NCBI RefSeq assembly: GCF_001194135.2
Contig: NC_068982.1
Coordinates: 173,488,130-173,530,680, forward strand
Length of the DNA stretch: 42,551 nucleotides
Source of the DNA: Octopus bimaculoides
Taxonomy: Eukaryota
Direction: 5' to 3'
Under the pieces are notes generated by a model. The model was not told the origin of the DNA. It worked only from the letters and a program-made list of their open reading frames with translations, and did not search any database. A program made the translations under genes and the position numbers. Shown in pieces: positions 23,174 through 34,946 of this stretch (position 1 is its first letter; every line of letters begins with the position of its first letter).

Positions 23174-25307
23174 GAAAAACGTAAGGAAAAAATGAGAGAT
23201 ACAAGAGAGAGTGTGGGAAAAATTGAAAGTAAGAGTGATGTGGAAAAAGATAGGAAGATGAGAGATCATTATGTTTCTTCATAGCATCTTTCTGAAAACC
23301 ATGTGAATCTCTCTCACTGTTACCAGTCACTTCGGTTCCACAAACTATGTCTTTACTTCATCCCACTATAGATATATCGGGGTGGGGAGAAGGTAAACTA
23401 GAGATTACTGAACTCCTAGATTGTTAATATGTGCGTTCCTATGATATTTGCATGAATGCATACCAGTGAATCTTTGTGTATGTGTTTCTTTATATCTTTG
23501 TTTCGGTAAAATCGCAATTCAGTTTTGAAGACTTTGAAAAAAATAATTAAATATCTTTTTCAATATAGGACACTGGACAACCTTTTCTTTAATTTATAAA
23601 CATTTATAAACATGCACGAAATGTATTACTCGTTGCAGTAACGTTTCTCTTGAAGTTTGAGACTTTATAGCAAAAAAAAAAGAAAGAGAAAGAAAAAACA
23701 TGTAAACAACAAAAAAAAAGTTGTTACTGTTTGTTTATATTTTTGTCATTTCAAAACAAAACTTTCTGTTCAAAACATTGCCTTATAGATAAAATACTTT
23801 GTTGGTTGTGATAACAAACAATTAATGTATTAATGAGTTGAACTGTTCGAAAATTTTCAATTTTCTATGTTTTTGACTGTTGCGACAAACGAATGGATTT
23901 CAAAAATACACTCTTTTTTCCCTTTGTCTTTTTTGTTTCTTCTTTTCTTTTCTTTTCTTTTCTTTTCTTTTTATTTATGAGATCTGCAGCTTTACAAGAT
24001 TGCGGTGTAAACATCTTGTTACACAACTGGCTCCTTCAAAAATGATGGAGTCCGCATACGGTGGTTCGATTCACTACAAAGAGCGACCGAATTTGTTTCG
24101 AATCAATAGGAAGGGCATATTTGGTGATTTACTCTTAGATTATAGTGAAAAAGTCTGAGTAGCCATGCTTACAATGCCTTTGAACAGTAGATTGCTTGAC
24201 ATATATTGTCACGGGACTAAACAGCAACTAAGAGCACAAACATTCTCTTCTTGAGAATGTTCCAAACAATGTAATACAAAGATCCTTCGTTTCACCTACT
24301 ATGATTAAGTTTTATTGACATATTCTTCCCGCTCTCCAACAAAATGTATCATAGCTCTGTATAAAGCCGACATCATAATTATAACTCCCACCTTTCCTTA
24401 AACTTAGTTACTCAGCAACTGAAGCACTTTATCAGCCATTTTGTATATATATATATTTTAAAGCAGCATTCCCATGTATGACTTATAAATTGAAAACTAT
24501 TTTCTCTCGATAAGAATTGCCTAAATTGAACTTCCTAAATTGAGCGTAATTTATTTGCCTCGTGATATGCCGTGCTGACAATTCCAAACAAGGATGAAAT
24601 GGCTCGATACATGGCTAACGACCACTGGAACTTTTAAGATGTTTATAACGCGTAGAAAAAGAAACATTAAATGTGTACATTCTGTAGAACTTAAATTTCA
24701 AACTTCCAAACCCGCCTCTTAACTTAATCGAAAAAGGATTGTCTCCCCTATAATAGGTGATCGCTAGAGGTACACCATGTGTATAACTAAAATGCAGTGC
24801 TCCAATAATGCATCATCCCTTTTCTTGCTAGTCTCAGTAAATAATACTGAATACAATCAACCATCACACATAAATAATCTTATACATGGAAGACAAGTAT
24901 GTTTGGAAAAAATTACATTTCGTAGCATAGATGTAAGGGTCTCGTAGATTAATGTTTACTTCGAATCTGTATCTGTACGTCCAGGCTTAAGCGATATTTT
25001 TTAAAGAAGTTTAGCAAGCCCGTCTTCTCTTTCCACGCCATCGTTGTTTATCGAAGAAAAAAGACCTCCGACTTGACCCGTTACACGTGACATCAGTGTT
25101 CGTTCATGCATAGCAGTCAGAACGCAAAAGAACTGGGACAGACATCGTAAGGCAGTTTCCTTTAAGCTTGTGCGAGCGTACATGATTTACAGTTAGAAAA
25201 GGGAAAATAAAATGTACGAACACAAGATTTACAGGATGAAGTTTAATTAAAATTGTTCTTTAACTGATGAAATTTAAGCGAAGTTTACCTACATGGATGC
25301 ACACATA

Positions 25308-25490
25308 TTAAGGGCACCAAAAAGTAATGTCGTATTTGATGTAATGAGTTCAAATCAGCATAAAACATGTCGTAAATATATTTATTCATTCAAAATATCG
25401 TAGCCATCGTTAACAATAGCATGTTCCCACCTCGAAACCAGTTTTCTGATTTCTCGGGCAAAAAGAGAAAGTCAGACAATCCATAGACTG
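25308..25490 (-). mobile_element. mariner transposon 3' end with TIR
   Basis: The minus frame FAREIRKLVSRWEHAIVNDGYDILNE* resembles the mariner C-terminus (GI.KLV.RW.....DG.Y). TA dinucleotide at 25306-25307 is followed by the TIR-like ttaagggcaccaaaaagtaatgtcg. Confidence 0.8.
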
Positions 25491-25675
25491 GAATACAAAA
25501 ACAATTTCACTTCAATTTCACAATAACTCCCATCCATATGCATACGCGTGTCTGAACCTCATACATACACACACGCGCATACATATACACAGATACACAT
25601 ACACGCATGCGCGCGCAGATATTTAACTATAATACAGTTGTTTTAAAAAAGAATACACAATATGCTAACGTCCTC

Positions 25676-25836
25676 GCCGGGCGAAATGCTTAGCGGTATT
25701 TCGTCTGTCTTTATGTTCTGAGTTCAAGTCCTGCAAAGGTCGACTTTGCCGATCATCCTTCGGGGTCAATGAATTAAGCACCAGTTGCGTATTGGGGTCA
25801 ATCTAATCGACTGGCCCCCTCCCCCAAAATTTTGAG
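25676..25836 (+). mobile_element. SINE family A, truncated, with 17-bp TSD
   Basis: Family core flanked by AATATGCTAACGTCCTC at 25659-25675 and 25837-25853. Confidence 0.92.
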
Positions 25837-26442
25837 AATATGCTAACGTCCTCCATGTTGTAACTATTCTGTCTACTATCCTACCTCTACATTTCTCCAT
25901 TTCCAACCCCGTTTCTTAAATCAACCCAACTCTAGTTTTCAACTCCTCTTCTTTCTCCTTTCTAATTCGACATTGTCATCCCTCCACCCCCGCCTCTCTC
26001 TTAATACTTGCTCAACTGTAATTCCTTCTCGCGAATGATACAGACTGTTACTCACCTTACTTGCTATTTACATTGTAACACTTATAAGTTTGTCTGCTGT
26101 TTCAGTATTGTAATCTTATCTTAGTTGACACCTGGCGACTTCGATGGGAAATTTTCGGATACGGCATAGAACATAGAACAGCTATGCGCGCGCGTGTGTG
26201 CTTGTGTGTCCGACACACATTGTTAGAAATGGTGGGTTCAAGGTTTTAACACTGACCGGTTGTCTCATCCCTGCGAAAGTATTCTCCGTAATGAACTGTC
26301 TGATGATTTTGAGAAATTCATTGAAACTTCCCATTCCCACAATAAATTTTGTTACACAAATATATCCTATATTAAGTTCTCTCTGTTCTCCTCTTTTCCC
26401 TCTCTCTAAGTGATAGTAGTTTTATGTACAACATTTCTTCTG

Positions 26443-26481
<39 letters not shown>

Positions 26482-26504
26482 NNNNNNNNNNNNNNNNNNN
26501 NNNN

Positions 26505-26551
<47 letters not shown>

Positions 26552-27008
26552 ACACACACACACATACACACACACACACACACACATATATACAAATATA
26601 TGTGTGTATGAATGTATATAAGCATGTATATGTATATACATATATGCATCCATATACGTATATATATACATATATATATATTTCCTCCCTCCACCATCCT
26701 CTCTATCTATTTATCTATCTGTCTTCCTCTATCTTCCTATCTACCCTTCTGTCCTGGCCTCTACTTCACTGCTTCTGTCCCTTCCTCCTTGTTCCATTTC
26801 CTCCCTCCACCATCCTCTCTGCTCTCGTGTGACCTGTGGTCAGCTTTCTTTTCACTCCAGCCGCTGTGAAGGCAAGACGAACTACTAGCGTTCTACCTCA
26901 GATTTGCGTTTGGCCGTACGGCTTTTGAATGTTGTTTTCACTGTCCATTTTTTCCTGTCTTGGTTTGTGTTTGCCACCTTGGAATCCTCTGTGTAGTTGG
27001 TTGATCCA

Positions 27009-27064
27009 CTACTCAGGAAGAGACTATTCTAGAGTACGTCCTGTCTGGTCTTCGAAACGTCTAG
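27009..27064 (+). ncRNA. Minimal hammerhead-like motif at the end of a probable PLE pseudo-LTR (about 26790-27071)
   Basis: cta CTCAGGA agagac...gtcttc GAAA CG TC tag: palindromic ACGT stem III, GUC triplet, 3-bp stem I, G5C in the core. Confidence 0.45.
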
Positions 27065-27384
27065 ATAGAATNNNNNNNNNNNNNNNNNNNNNNNNNNNNN
27101 NNNNNNNNNNNNNNNNNNNNNNNNNNNNNNNNNNNNNNNNNNNNNNNNNNNNNNNNNNNNNNNNNNNNNNNNNNNNNNNNNNNNNNNNNNNNNNNNNNNN
27201 NNNNNNNNNNNNNNNNNNNNNNNNNNNNNNNNNNNNNNNNNNNNNNNNNNNNNNNNNNNNNNNNNNNNNNNNNNNNNNNNNNNNNNNNNNNNNNNNNNNN
27301 NNNNNNNNNNNNNNNNNNNNNNNNNNNNNNNNNNNNNNNNNNNNNNNNNNNNNNNNNNNNNNNNNNNNNNNNNNNNNNNNNNNN

Positions 27385-27450
<66 letters not shown>

Positions 27451-27608
27451 GTCTGCATAAGAGAAACCTCTGCACAGGCATACTGAACACGTAAGTTTTA
27501 TGCAAGAGAAAACATCAAGTCTCCCTCTTTCTCCCTTTCTCTCTTTCTCTTTTCCTCTGACTGTCTGTCTGTCTCTATTTATCTCGCATAAAAGCGCGTA
27601 TGCACATA

Positions 27609-28500
27609 CATGTCCAAAGGTTACTCCAAGTTTCGAGTCCAACATATTTACTGACATGACAGGAGGTATTGAATAGTTTCATTTTAATTTTTCGACAAAT
27701 ATGTTCCAACGAAGTCACTATTAACTTCAATATTTACGTACATATCGCTCTTACAGCTACTCAATGTCATTTCAGTAAAATTGATTGTCCCACTCAGCAA
27801 ACCACTGTTTTGTGGCTGAATGAAGATCTTCAATTCAGGAAAATTGTCTCTCCCTCAAATGGGAGATTCAAATTAGGTAACCCATGAAAGCGACAGGAAG
27901 AAATGTTTGATGAATAGGCTGAATGAAGTATCTATTCAATGAAATATTCACAAATGACAGTCTTTAACCGCCGAGCATCGTAAACATGTGCACTCAAATT
28001 TTCATGATGCTTTTATCTTGATGCAGTCGCCTAACCATCAAATAATAATCACATCACAATAATCACTTGTGATCGTTGCTTTGTGTGTTGCGTACGCAGC
28101 ACATCCCAAGAGTCTAAGAAGGCCGTGTTTCTTATCTTGTATGTCCCGAGCAGAAATCTGAATTTTTTGCGCAGTTTGGGTCCTTCTTTCGGCTTGTAAT
28201 CGCAGTGATGGATCCACGTCTCAACTCCGGTTATTAATCACCACTTCTGGTTATTAATCCCGTTCGCATTTTTTTTCTGGTTGTCGCTCCCACAGGCTGT
28301 TCTGACCGCAGTTAGCATTCAAGAGGCATCCTGTTGTAACGATACTCAGTAGTCCAACGTTTGATCGTTGCAAATGAAGGCAGTCCTGGCGGATCACATT
28401 TTACATGGGATCATCGACTGTCTGTGATACAGTCTTCCCTAAAGTCAAAAATTCAATGACTGCGTCATACTATAGTTTCCGATTTTTTTTTTATTCCTCC
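27609..28500 (-). pseudogene. mariner transposase fossil with internal deletion
   Basis: Motifs in order across frameshifts: DAVIEFL, PSFATIKRWTTEY..LE..RSEQP..ATT, LITGVETWIHH (TGDETW), KATITSDY, FS*IEDLHSATKQWFAE..QFY*NDIE*L*ERY. TIR-like end after TA at 27607-27608. Confidence 0.85.
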
Positions 28501-28820
28501 TGAAATGCACATTGCAAGAAAACAAAGGAGGGTAATGAAAATGCTAATATTCTGTGACAGCAATTCATACAAACAATATTATATATACACCCAGGCCTAT
28601 TCTCCATTTTTTTAGGAGAGGGTAGCCGCAACAAGACACACACCAGGCATTCCATTCATTTCCAAACTCAAAGAGGCGAGCCCCGTCCTATGCTCATGTC
28701 AAGACATAGAACGCAAGCCCAGATATCAGTAGTGAAACCCTACAGCGTATGGTGGTTTACTCCCGCTGAATCGGATCTTTTCAATCTCAGTCACAGATTT
28801 TTAAATTAATCTTTTTTATT

Positions 28821-29179
28821 AACTAAACAGTTTGACACTTAGGATACTGGTTGAATGTGTCACGTAGAACACGGTTTACTCTTAATGTTTTTGACTAAAT
28901 TTTGTATTTTAGAAGTTATTTCGTGTTAAATTTGTCGTATTTAGGTAATTTTAACCAATCAAAGATGTGTATTCAGCTGAAGACCCGGAAGTTGTTGCTC
29001 TTCCATTACTTTCGCAAACAGCAGTAACTTTTTTCAGCCGAATACACGTCATTGATTGGTTAGAATTAGCCAAATACGACAACTTTAACACGAAATAACT
29101 TCTGAAATACAAAAGTTTGTCAAAAACGTTAAGAATAAACCACATTCAACCAGTATCCGAAGTTTCAAACTGTTTAGTT
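28821..29179. mobile_element. Long foldback element (MITE-like), 359 bp
   Basis: The left arm aactaaacagtttgacacttaggatactggttgaatgtg...ccaatcaaagatgtgtattcagctga is the imperfect reverse complement of the right arm tcagccgaatacacgtcattgattgg...cacattcaaccagtatccgaagtttcaaactgtttagtt. Spacer is about 55 nt. Confidence 0.88.
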
Positions 29180-29540
29180 CCGCCAAATCATACTCGTTCC
29201 GTATCCGTTTGAGCAACATCAGTTCACTCATCCGTCCACAAACACTCTCCAAGCTTTCCTATCATCTATAAACTCTCTTGTCTCAATCACTCCAACACCT
29301 CTAACCATCAATACATTCTACAAAAAAAAGGTAATCAAAGAAAACAATAATTTGGGATCGCTGAGAAAAGGTTCACTCAGACTCAAAACGTTTGGAATAT
29401 CCCCCGATAGTGTACATGCATGTATGAATATCTGAATGCATGTGTATATAAGTGAGTATGCGTGTGTGTGTGTGTATGTGTGTGCGTCTGTGTGTGATGT
29501 GTGTAAGTACTTATATACATCTGTATGTGTGCACGCGCAC

Positions 29541-29690
29541 ATGGTCTAAGGTGTTGGGTTTACGATCATGAAGTGGTGAGTTTGATTTCTGGACCAGTGA
29601 TATGTTATACCTGAAAAGAAGTATTTTCAGTTCATATTGTTCCACTCTATCCAACTGAAAAATGAGTACCAAACAAATGTTGGGGCAGGC
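29541..29690 (+). mobile_element. Degraded tRNA-head SINE, family C-like
   Basis: catggtctaaggtgttgggtttacgatcatgaagtggtgagtttgatttctggacc..ccactc..ccaactgaaaaatgagtacc. Confidence 0.5.
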
Positions 29691-30399
29691 CTTTCTTACT
29701 CCAGCTGTCATATCCATCGTGTTTTTCTGGGTCAAAGCAAGTAGAACAAGGGAGTTTGAAGAATATCAACATGCTTGATTTGAAGGTTCTTACCATCAAC
29801 AACGTCACCTCAGAAACAACTGAATGTCATACATGTGGACAGAAGTTTCTTGTTTCGTTAAGAGGACTTCCTGATATATTAGACTGAAACGTAAAGCTTC
29901 CTGGTGTAAAGTTTTAAGAAACATACCAACTTCAGCGCTAATCTACATGCAGTGTGGTATGGAAGTAGAGAATGCACTTCTCTCTCAGCTTTTTCATTCG
30001 GAGTGCTGTTCTGGTTGTACAAGGACATAATCCGGAAGATGCGAAGAAAAGTAGAATTAGGGGAAAATGCTTTAAGTATAAACTTTTATAATAGATTAAG
30101 TGAAATAATCAAGTTCAGTACGGTATTATATGAACATAACTGGATATCAGGATGTGCCTTAAGGAAAATGTTTTGATATGAACAATTAAACAGTATTGTC
30201 TAATATTGTGAATTCTGGTTCATTAAACGCCTACTGTAACAAAATCAGTTCCGAATTCTTTCCCCCATGGGTTCTATATAAGTTTCTATAACATGGCGCA
30301 TCTATGGCTAGAAAATTGACTATAATATTGTAGAGTACTTAATAAAATGGCCATTCTTACTGATTGAACTCTTCATGAGAAAGAGAGAGCGAGAATGTG

Positions 30400-30633
30400 T
30401 ATGTGTGTGTCAGAGACAGAGAGAGAAAGAGAGAGAAGGAAAAATGGTGAGGAAGAGAGAGAGAGAGGGAGAGAGAGAGGGAGAGAGAGAGAGAGGGAGA
30501 GAGAGAGAGAGGGAGAGAGAGAGAGTATTGAAAAGAGAGAAGTAATGGGTGACAATGGAGATGTAGAGAAAAGAAAGCAGTAAAATTGAAAAGGAGCATG
30601 GTGTGAGTGTATGTGTGCATGAGTGTGTGTGTT

Positions 30634-30720
<87 letters not shown>

Positions 30721-30731
30721 TAGAGAGAGAA

Positions 30732-30762
<31 letters not shown>

Positions 30763-30772
30763 CAAGTTGTAA
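30400..30772. repeat. (GA)n and (GT)n compound microsatellite
   Basis: Directly visible. Confidence 0.95.
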
Positions 30773-31015
30773 GAGAATGAAACGTATGATAAAATGAAAG
30801 TGAAGACGGGAACAAATGAACGCTTCTGTGTGTGTGTGTGTGTGTAAGCGTATTAATGATTGTACGTCTGTTGGTCTACGTGTGATTATGTATGAGCATT
30901 TATGGAGATGTGTCTACGTATGTCCATGAATGTGCGTGTGTGGGTTTGTGAATGCAATTGTCCATCTCAATGAGGCTTTAAGCACATGTGTGAACAGTTG
31001 AGCTGAAAATTATGT

Positions 31016-31067
<52 letters not shown>

Positions 31068-31257
31068 CCAATAGTGAGCTTGTATATACGAAATGAACGG
31101 AAAGAATGTTTACTTGGATGGAACTGTGTGTATATAATACAAACATACGTGAACACTCACACACTCACAGATATATACATACAACTGCATTTACGTATAT
31201 ACTATGTAGTTTATGTATGTATGTTTGTATGTATGTTTGTGTGTATCTCTCTCTCTC

Positions 31258-31295
<38 letters not shown>

Positions 31296-31304
31296 TATAT
31301 ATAG

Positions 31305-31340
<36 letters not shown>

Positions 31341-31857
31341 ATACGTTCACTTTTGCGTGAACACGCATATATATTACAGGTCTGAAGGTCATCACATTTA
31401 AGGACAGATAACTTCCTTTGCCAGTACACCTACCACCACCACCACTATCACGAATATTGCCTCTTAGTCGACCACGTCATGAATCTGTCTTGATTCACCC
31501 TTTTAGCTGCGAAAAGCTCGGCCTTGGGCTACTTTCAGCAGTGGATCAATAAACCCGATTCCTTACATCTTTAAATCAACGAGCTGGATAAGGCAAGCTG
31601 GTTTGGAATCTCTCATGCTAAAAAGAACGAATTTCAGCTGTAGGCAAGAGTCTCTTCCTGGTTTACTTGGCGTCAAACAGATTACCTTCCCACCACACAC
31701 ACACACATGTATGTATATAGGTATGTATATATATGTATGTATATATGCATGTATGTAATTCTCACTGTCTCTCTCTATATATGCGTGTGTGCGTGCGTGT
31801 GTGTGTATGTGTGTGTGTGTACGTATGTATGTATATGTATATATATATAAGCATTTG

Positions 31858-32226
31858 AAGGCGTATGGCTCAGTTGTTAGAGCATTGGTCTTACAAGCGT
31901 GAAGTTGTGAGCTCGATTTCAGGAGCGGTTTGTGTTATGATCTTGAGCAAGACACTTTATTTCACGTTGCTTCAGTTCACTCAGCTGTAGAGATTAGTTG
32001 TGACGTCACTGGTGCCAAGCTGTATCGACCTTTGCCCTTTCCTTTGGACACCATCTGTGACGTGGAGAGAGGAGGCTGGTATCCATAGGTGACTGCAGGT
32101 CATCTATAAAATCAATCCTGCCCGGACTTGTGCCTCGGAGTGGAACTTTCTAGGTGCAATCCTATGGTGATTCGTAACCAAAGGGGGGTCATTACGCTTT
32201 TAACTTATACATATTTGATCGCATCC
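31858..32226 (+). mobile_element. SINE family C, full length
   Basis: A-box tggctcagttgttagagc, B-box-like agctcgatttcagg, CORE-like tcttgagcaagacacttt, and a 3' end ...tttgatcgcatc shared with 39988-40075. Confidence 0.88.
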
Positions 32227-32390
32227 ATGCTGGGGCAGTGCCTTGAAGAACTTTAGTCAAAGGAATCGACCCTTGTACTAATTTTTTAAAACTTGGTACG
32301 TCCCTTTGCCGAACCGCTACGTTACAGGGAAATAAGCAAGCCAACACAGGTTGTCAAGCGGTAGTGGTGGAGAATACAAACACAAAAATA
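32226..32390 (-). mobile_element. SINE family B-related 3' fragment
   Basis: catgctggggcagtgcc..tttgccgaaccgcta.gttac..ttgtcaagcg is the reverse complement of the family B 3' half. Confidence 0.75.
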
Positions 32391-32423
32391 CTCACACCAC
32401 ACACTCACACGCTCTCTCTCCCT

Positions 32424-32462
<39 letters not shown>

Positions 32463-32514
32463 CCTCTCTCTCTCTCTCTCTTACATACACACACATACGC
32501 TTATATTCTTTTAT

Positions 32515-32890
32515 TTGTTTCACTCATTTCACTGCAGCCATGCTGGAGCGCAGCCTTTAGTCGAGTAAATTGACCTCTGGACTTATTCTTTGTAAGCCTA
32601 GTAGTTATTCTATCGGTCTTTTTTGCCGAACCACTAGATTACAGGGAAATAAACACACCAGTATCGATTATCAAGCGATGTTGGGGGGGGGGACAAACAC
32701 AGACACACAAACATAGACACAGACAAACATATATATATAGGACGGGCTTCTTTCAGTTTCCGTCTACCAAATCTACTCACAAGGCTTTGATCGGTTCCAG
32801 GCTATAGTAAAAGACACGGTGCCACGCAAGGGAACTGAAGCCGAAACCATGTAGCTGGTAAGCAAGCTACTTCCCACACAGCCACTTATG
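32515..32890 (-). mobile_element. SINE family B, near full length
   Basis: Reverse complement of 6628-7056 along its whole length (gacgggcttctttcagtttccgtctaccaaatc, aagcaagctactt..cacacagccac). Confidence 0.92.
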
Positions 32891-33059
32891 TATATAGATA
32901 TATATCTTATGTGTTTGTGCGTGTATGAATGAAGGCGTGAGGAGCTCATCAGCATAAACTAGAGTGTTTGATTCCCGGATCGCGCCCCGTTCACTGTATT
33001 TGAACGGAATTTCAACACAAAACACAAGGAGTCGGAACACATTCCACTAAGCAGCTCGT

Positions 33060-33175
33060 CGAAAGCGCTAGGAATGTTAGCAGTCAATCACCATCTTCGA
33101 TTCTATAGCTTTATTAAGTTACTCTGAAAGAATGAAAGACAAATTTAGCATCGGCAGGAGATGAAATCAAAGCAC
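33060..33175 (-). mobile_element. Degraded SINE family A
   Basis: The reverse complement contains cctgccgatgctaaatttgtctttcattctttcagagt. Confidence 0.45.
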
Positions 33176-33189
33176 GCTCACTCATGTAT

Positions 33190-33352
33190 ATGTATATATA
33201 TATTCATTATTTACATTACTTACATTTGACGGATATTTGTCCTCATCTTGTTTGTTGTTAGCATAACGTTTCAGGTCATATACCCTCCAGCCTTCATCAA
33301 GTGTCTTGGGGAAATTTCGAACCTGGGTTCTCATTCCAAAGGTATTTTTCGA
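33190..33352 (-). mobile_element. PLE-type pseudo-LTR fragment with a degenerate minimal hammerhead (33260-33305)
   Basis: Minus strand: gacac TTGATGA agg...cct GAAA CG TT atgct. Palindromic AACGTT, C3U in the core, partly broken stem I; abuts (TTA)n. Confidence 0.6.
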
Positions 33353-33416
<64 letters not shown>

Positions 33417-33689
33417 NNNNNNNNNNNNNNNNNNNNNNNNNNNNNNNNNNNNNNNNNNNNNNNNNNNNNNNNNNNNNNNNNNNNNNNNNNNNNNNNNNNN
33501 NNNNNNNNNNNNNNNNNNNNNNNNNNNNNNNNNNNNNNNNNNNNNNNNNNNNNNNNNNNNNNNNNNNNNNNNNNNNNNNNNNNNNNNNNNNNNNNNNNNN
33601 NNNNNNNNNNNNNNNNNNNNNNNNNNNNNNNNNNNNNAGAGAAATGGCTAAAATTTGCTCTGCTTATAATTATACCATATGTTACGTAT

Positions 33690-33960
33690 ATGTGTGCGTG
33701 TGTGCGCGCGTGCGTGTATGTGTGCGTGTGTGTGTGTGCGTGTGTGTGTGTGTGCGTGTGTCTGTGTTTGTCCCTTCCATGATCGCTTGAAATCGATGTT
33801 GGTATGCTTAGTCTCCGTAACTTAGCGGTTCGGCAAAACAGACCAGAAAAATATTACGCTTACAAAGAATAAGTCCTCCGATCGATTTGTTCGACTAAAA
33901 AGCGAGCGATGCTCCAGCATGGCCACAACCAAATGACTGAAACAAATAAAATAAAAGAAT
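33690..33960 (+). mobile_element. SINE family B 3' half
   Basis: cgtaacttagcggttcggcaaaa..acaaagaataagtcct..gctccagcatggccac..aaatgactgaaacaa. Confidence 0.88.
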
Positions 33961-33961
33961 A

Positions 33962-33996
<35 letters not shown>

Positions 33997-34017
33997 TTAT
34001 CTATATATATATATATA

Positions 34018-34420
34018 GGGAGAATTCACAAAAAAAAACAAAAGACGAAGACAGGTGGTGTAGACAACAAACAGATGTATTAGTTTAACGCTCGGGAAGT
34101 GAAAGTCTTCAACGTTTCGAGCCTACGCTCTTCCACAGAAGGAAACAAGGAGAGAAAATAAAGAATGTGTAGTGGCTAGCGATCTATCGTGGTGAGAATC
34201 CAGGTAGAACAGTCCAGTGTAGAAGGTGTAAAAGTCCGTTGGGTAATGAGAGGAGACAGGATCAACTGGTGTGATCACGTAAGCGTGTAATATATGGGGA
34301 GAATTCACAAAAAAAAAGAAAGATGAAGACAACAAATAGATGTATTAGTTTAACACTCGGGAAGTGAAAAAAGTCTTTAATGTTTCGAGCATACGCTCTT
34401 CCTTAGAAAGGAACAGAGGT
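34018..34420 (-). mobile_element. Tandem pseudo-LTR pair, each copy with a hammerhead-like motif (PLE- or retrozyme-like)
   Basis: Direct repeats at about 34018-34150 and 34296-34420 (gggagaattcacaaaaaaaaa..gatgtattagtttaac.ctcgggaagtgaaa). Motifs at 34107-34142 and 34375-34410 both have stem II GAGC-N4-GCTC followed by GAAA. Confidence 0.7.
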
Positions 34421-34817
34421 AAATATTCAAGTGTAGTCAATGTATTTCAATGAATGTAGTCTCTTTCTTTATCTGTTGTTATTCAAATATTCTGTCACTG
34501 TATTGATGGGGACAAAATTATATAGTACAAATTTAAATGAATATATTTATAACGAATGACATTTCATAGAGAGCAAACTCGATTAACTGGCTATAGACAG
34601 AGATATATCTTAAAACGTATAAATACATGGTGTTGGAAATTATCAATCCAATAAACGTATTTTCCCTCTTTCAACGAACATCTACTGTCCAGAACGTTTA
34701 ACTTTCATTCATGTCATCATTATAGCATAAAACTGACTATTTTACTCTCTTCTTGGTTTATGCTATTTTCTTTTCACATACATACATACATACATATATA
34801 CAAACATACATACATGC

Positions 34818-34852
<35 letters not shown>

Positions 34853-34904
34853 AATCAAATGTACATACATGCATACATACACACGCACGCACACATATAT
34901 GTGC

Positions 34905-34946
<42 letters not shown>

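Noticed and set aside
24990-25190. Possible mariner-like IEEKRP stretch on the + strand
   Set aside because: Catalytic DNARPH and YSPDL motifs are not recoverable.
29790-30180. ECHTCGQKF zinc-finger-like peptide and short ORFs
   Set aside because: The His pair of a C2H2 finger is absent, a stop follows, and there are no splice signals.
31560-31615. 51-nt - strand exon-like segment (ctttttag ... GAT|gtaagg)
   Set aside because: Isolated, with no partner exons on that strand and no recognisable peptide.
31861-31930. tRNA genes at SINE heads (also 15790-15853, 40320-40389, 6628-6700)
   Set aside because: A and B boxes are present, but there is no complete cloverleaf and each continues into a SINE body.
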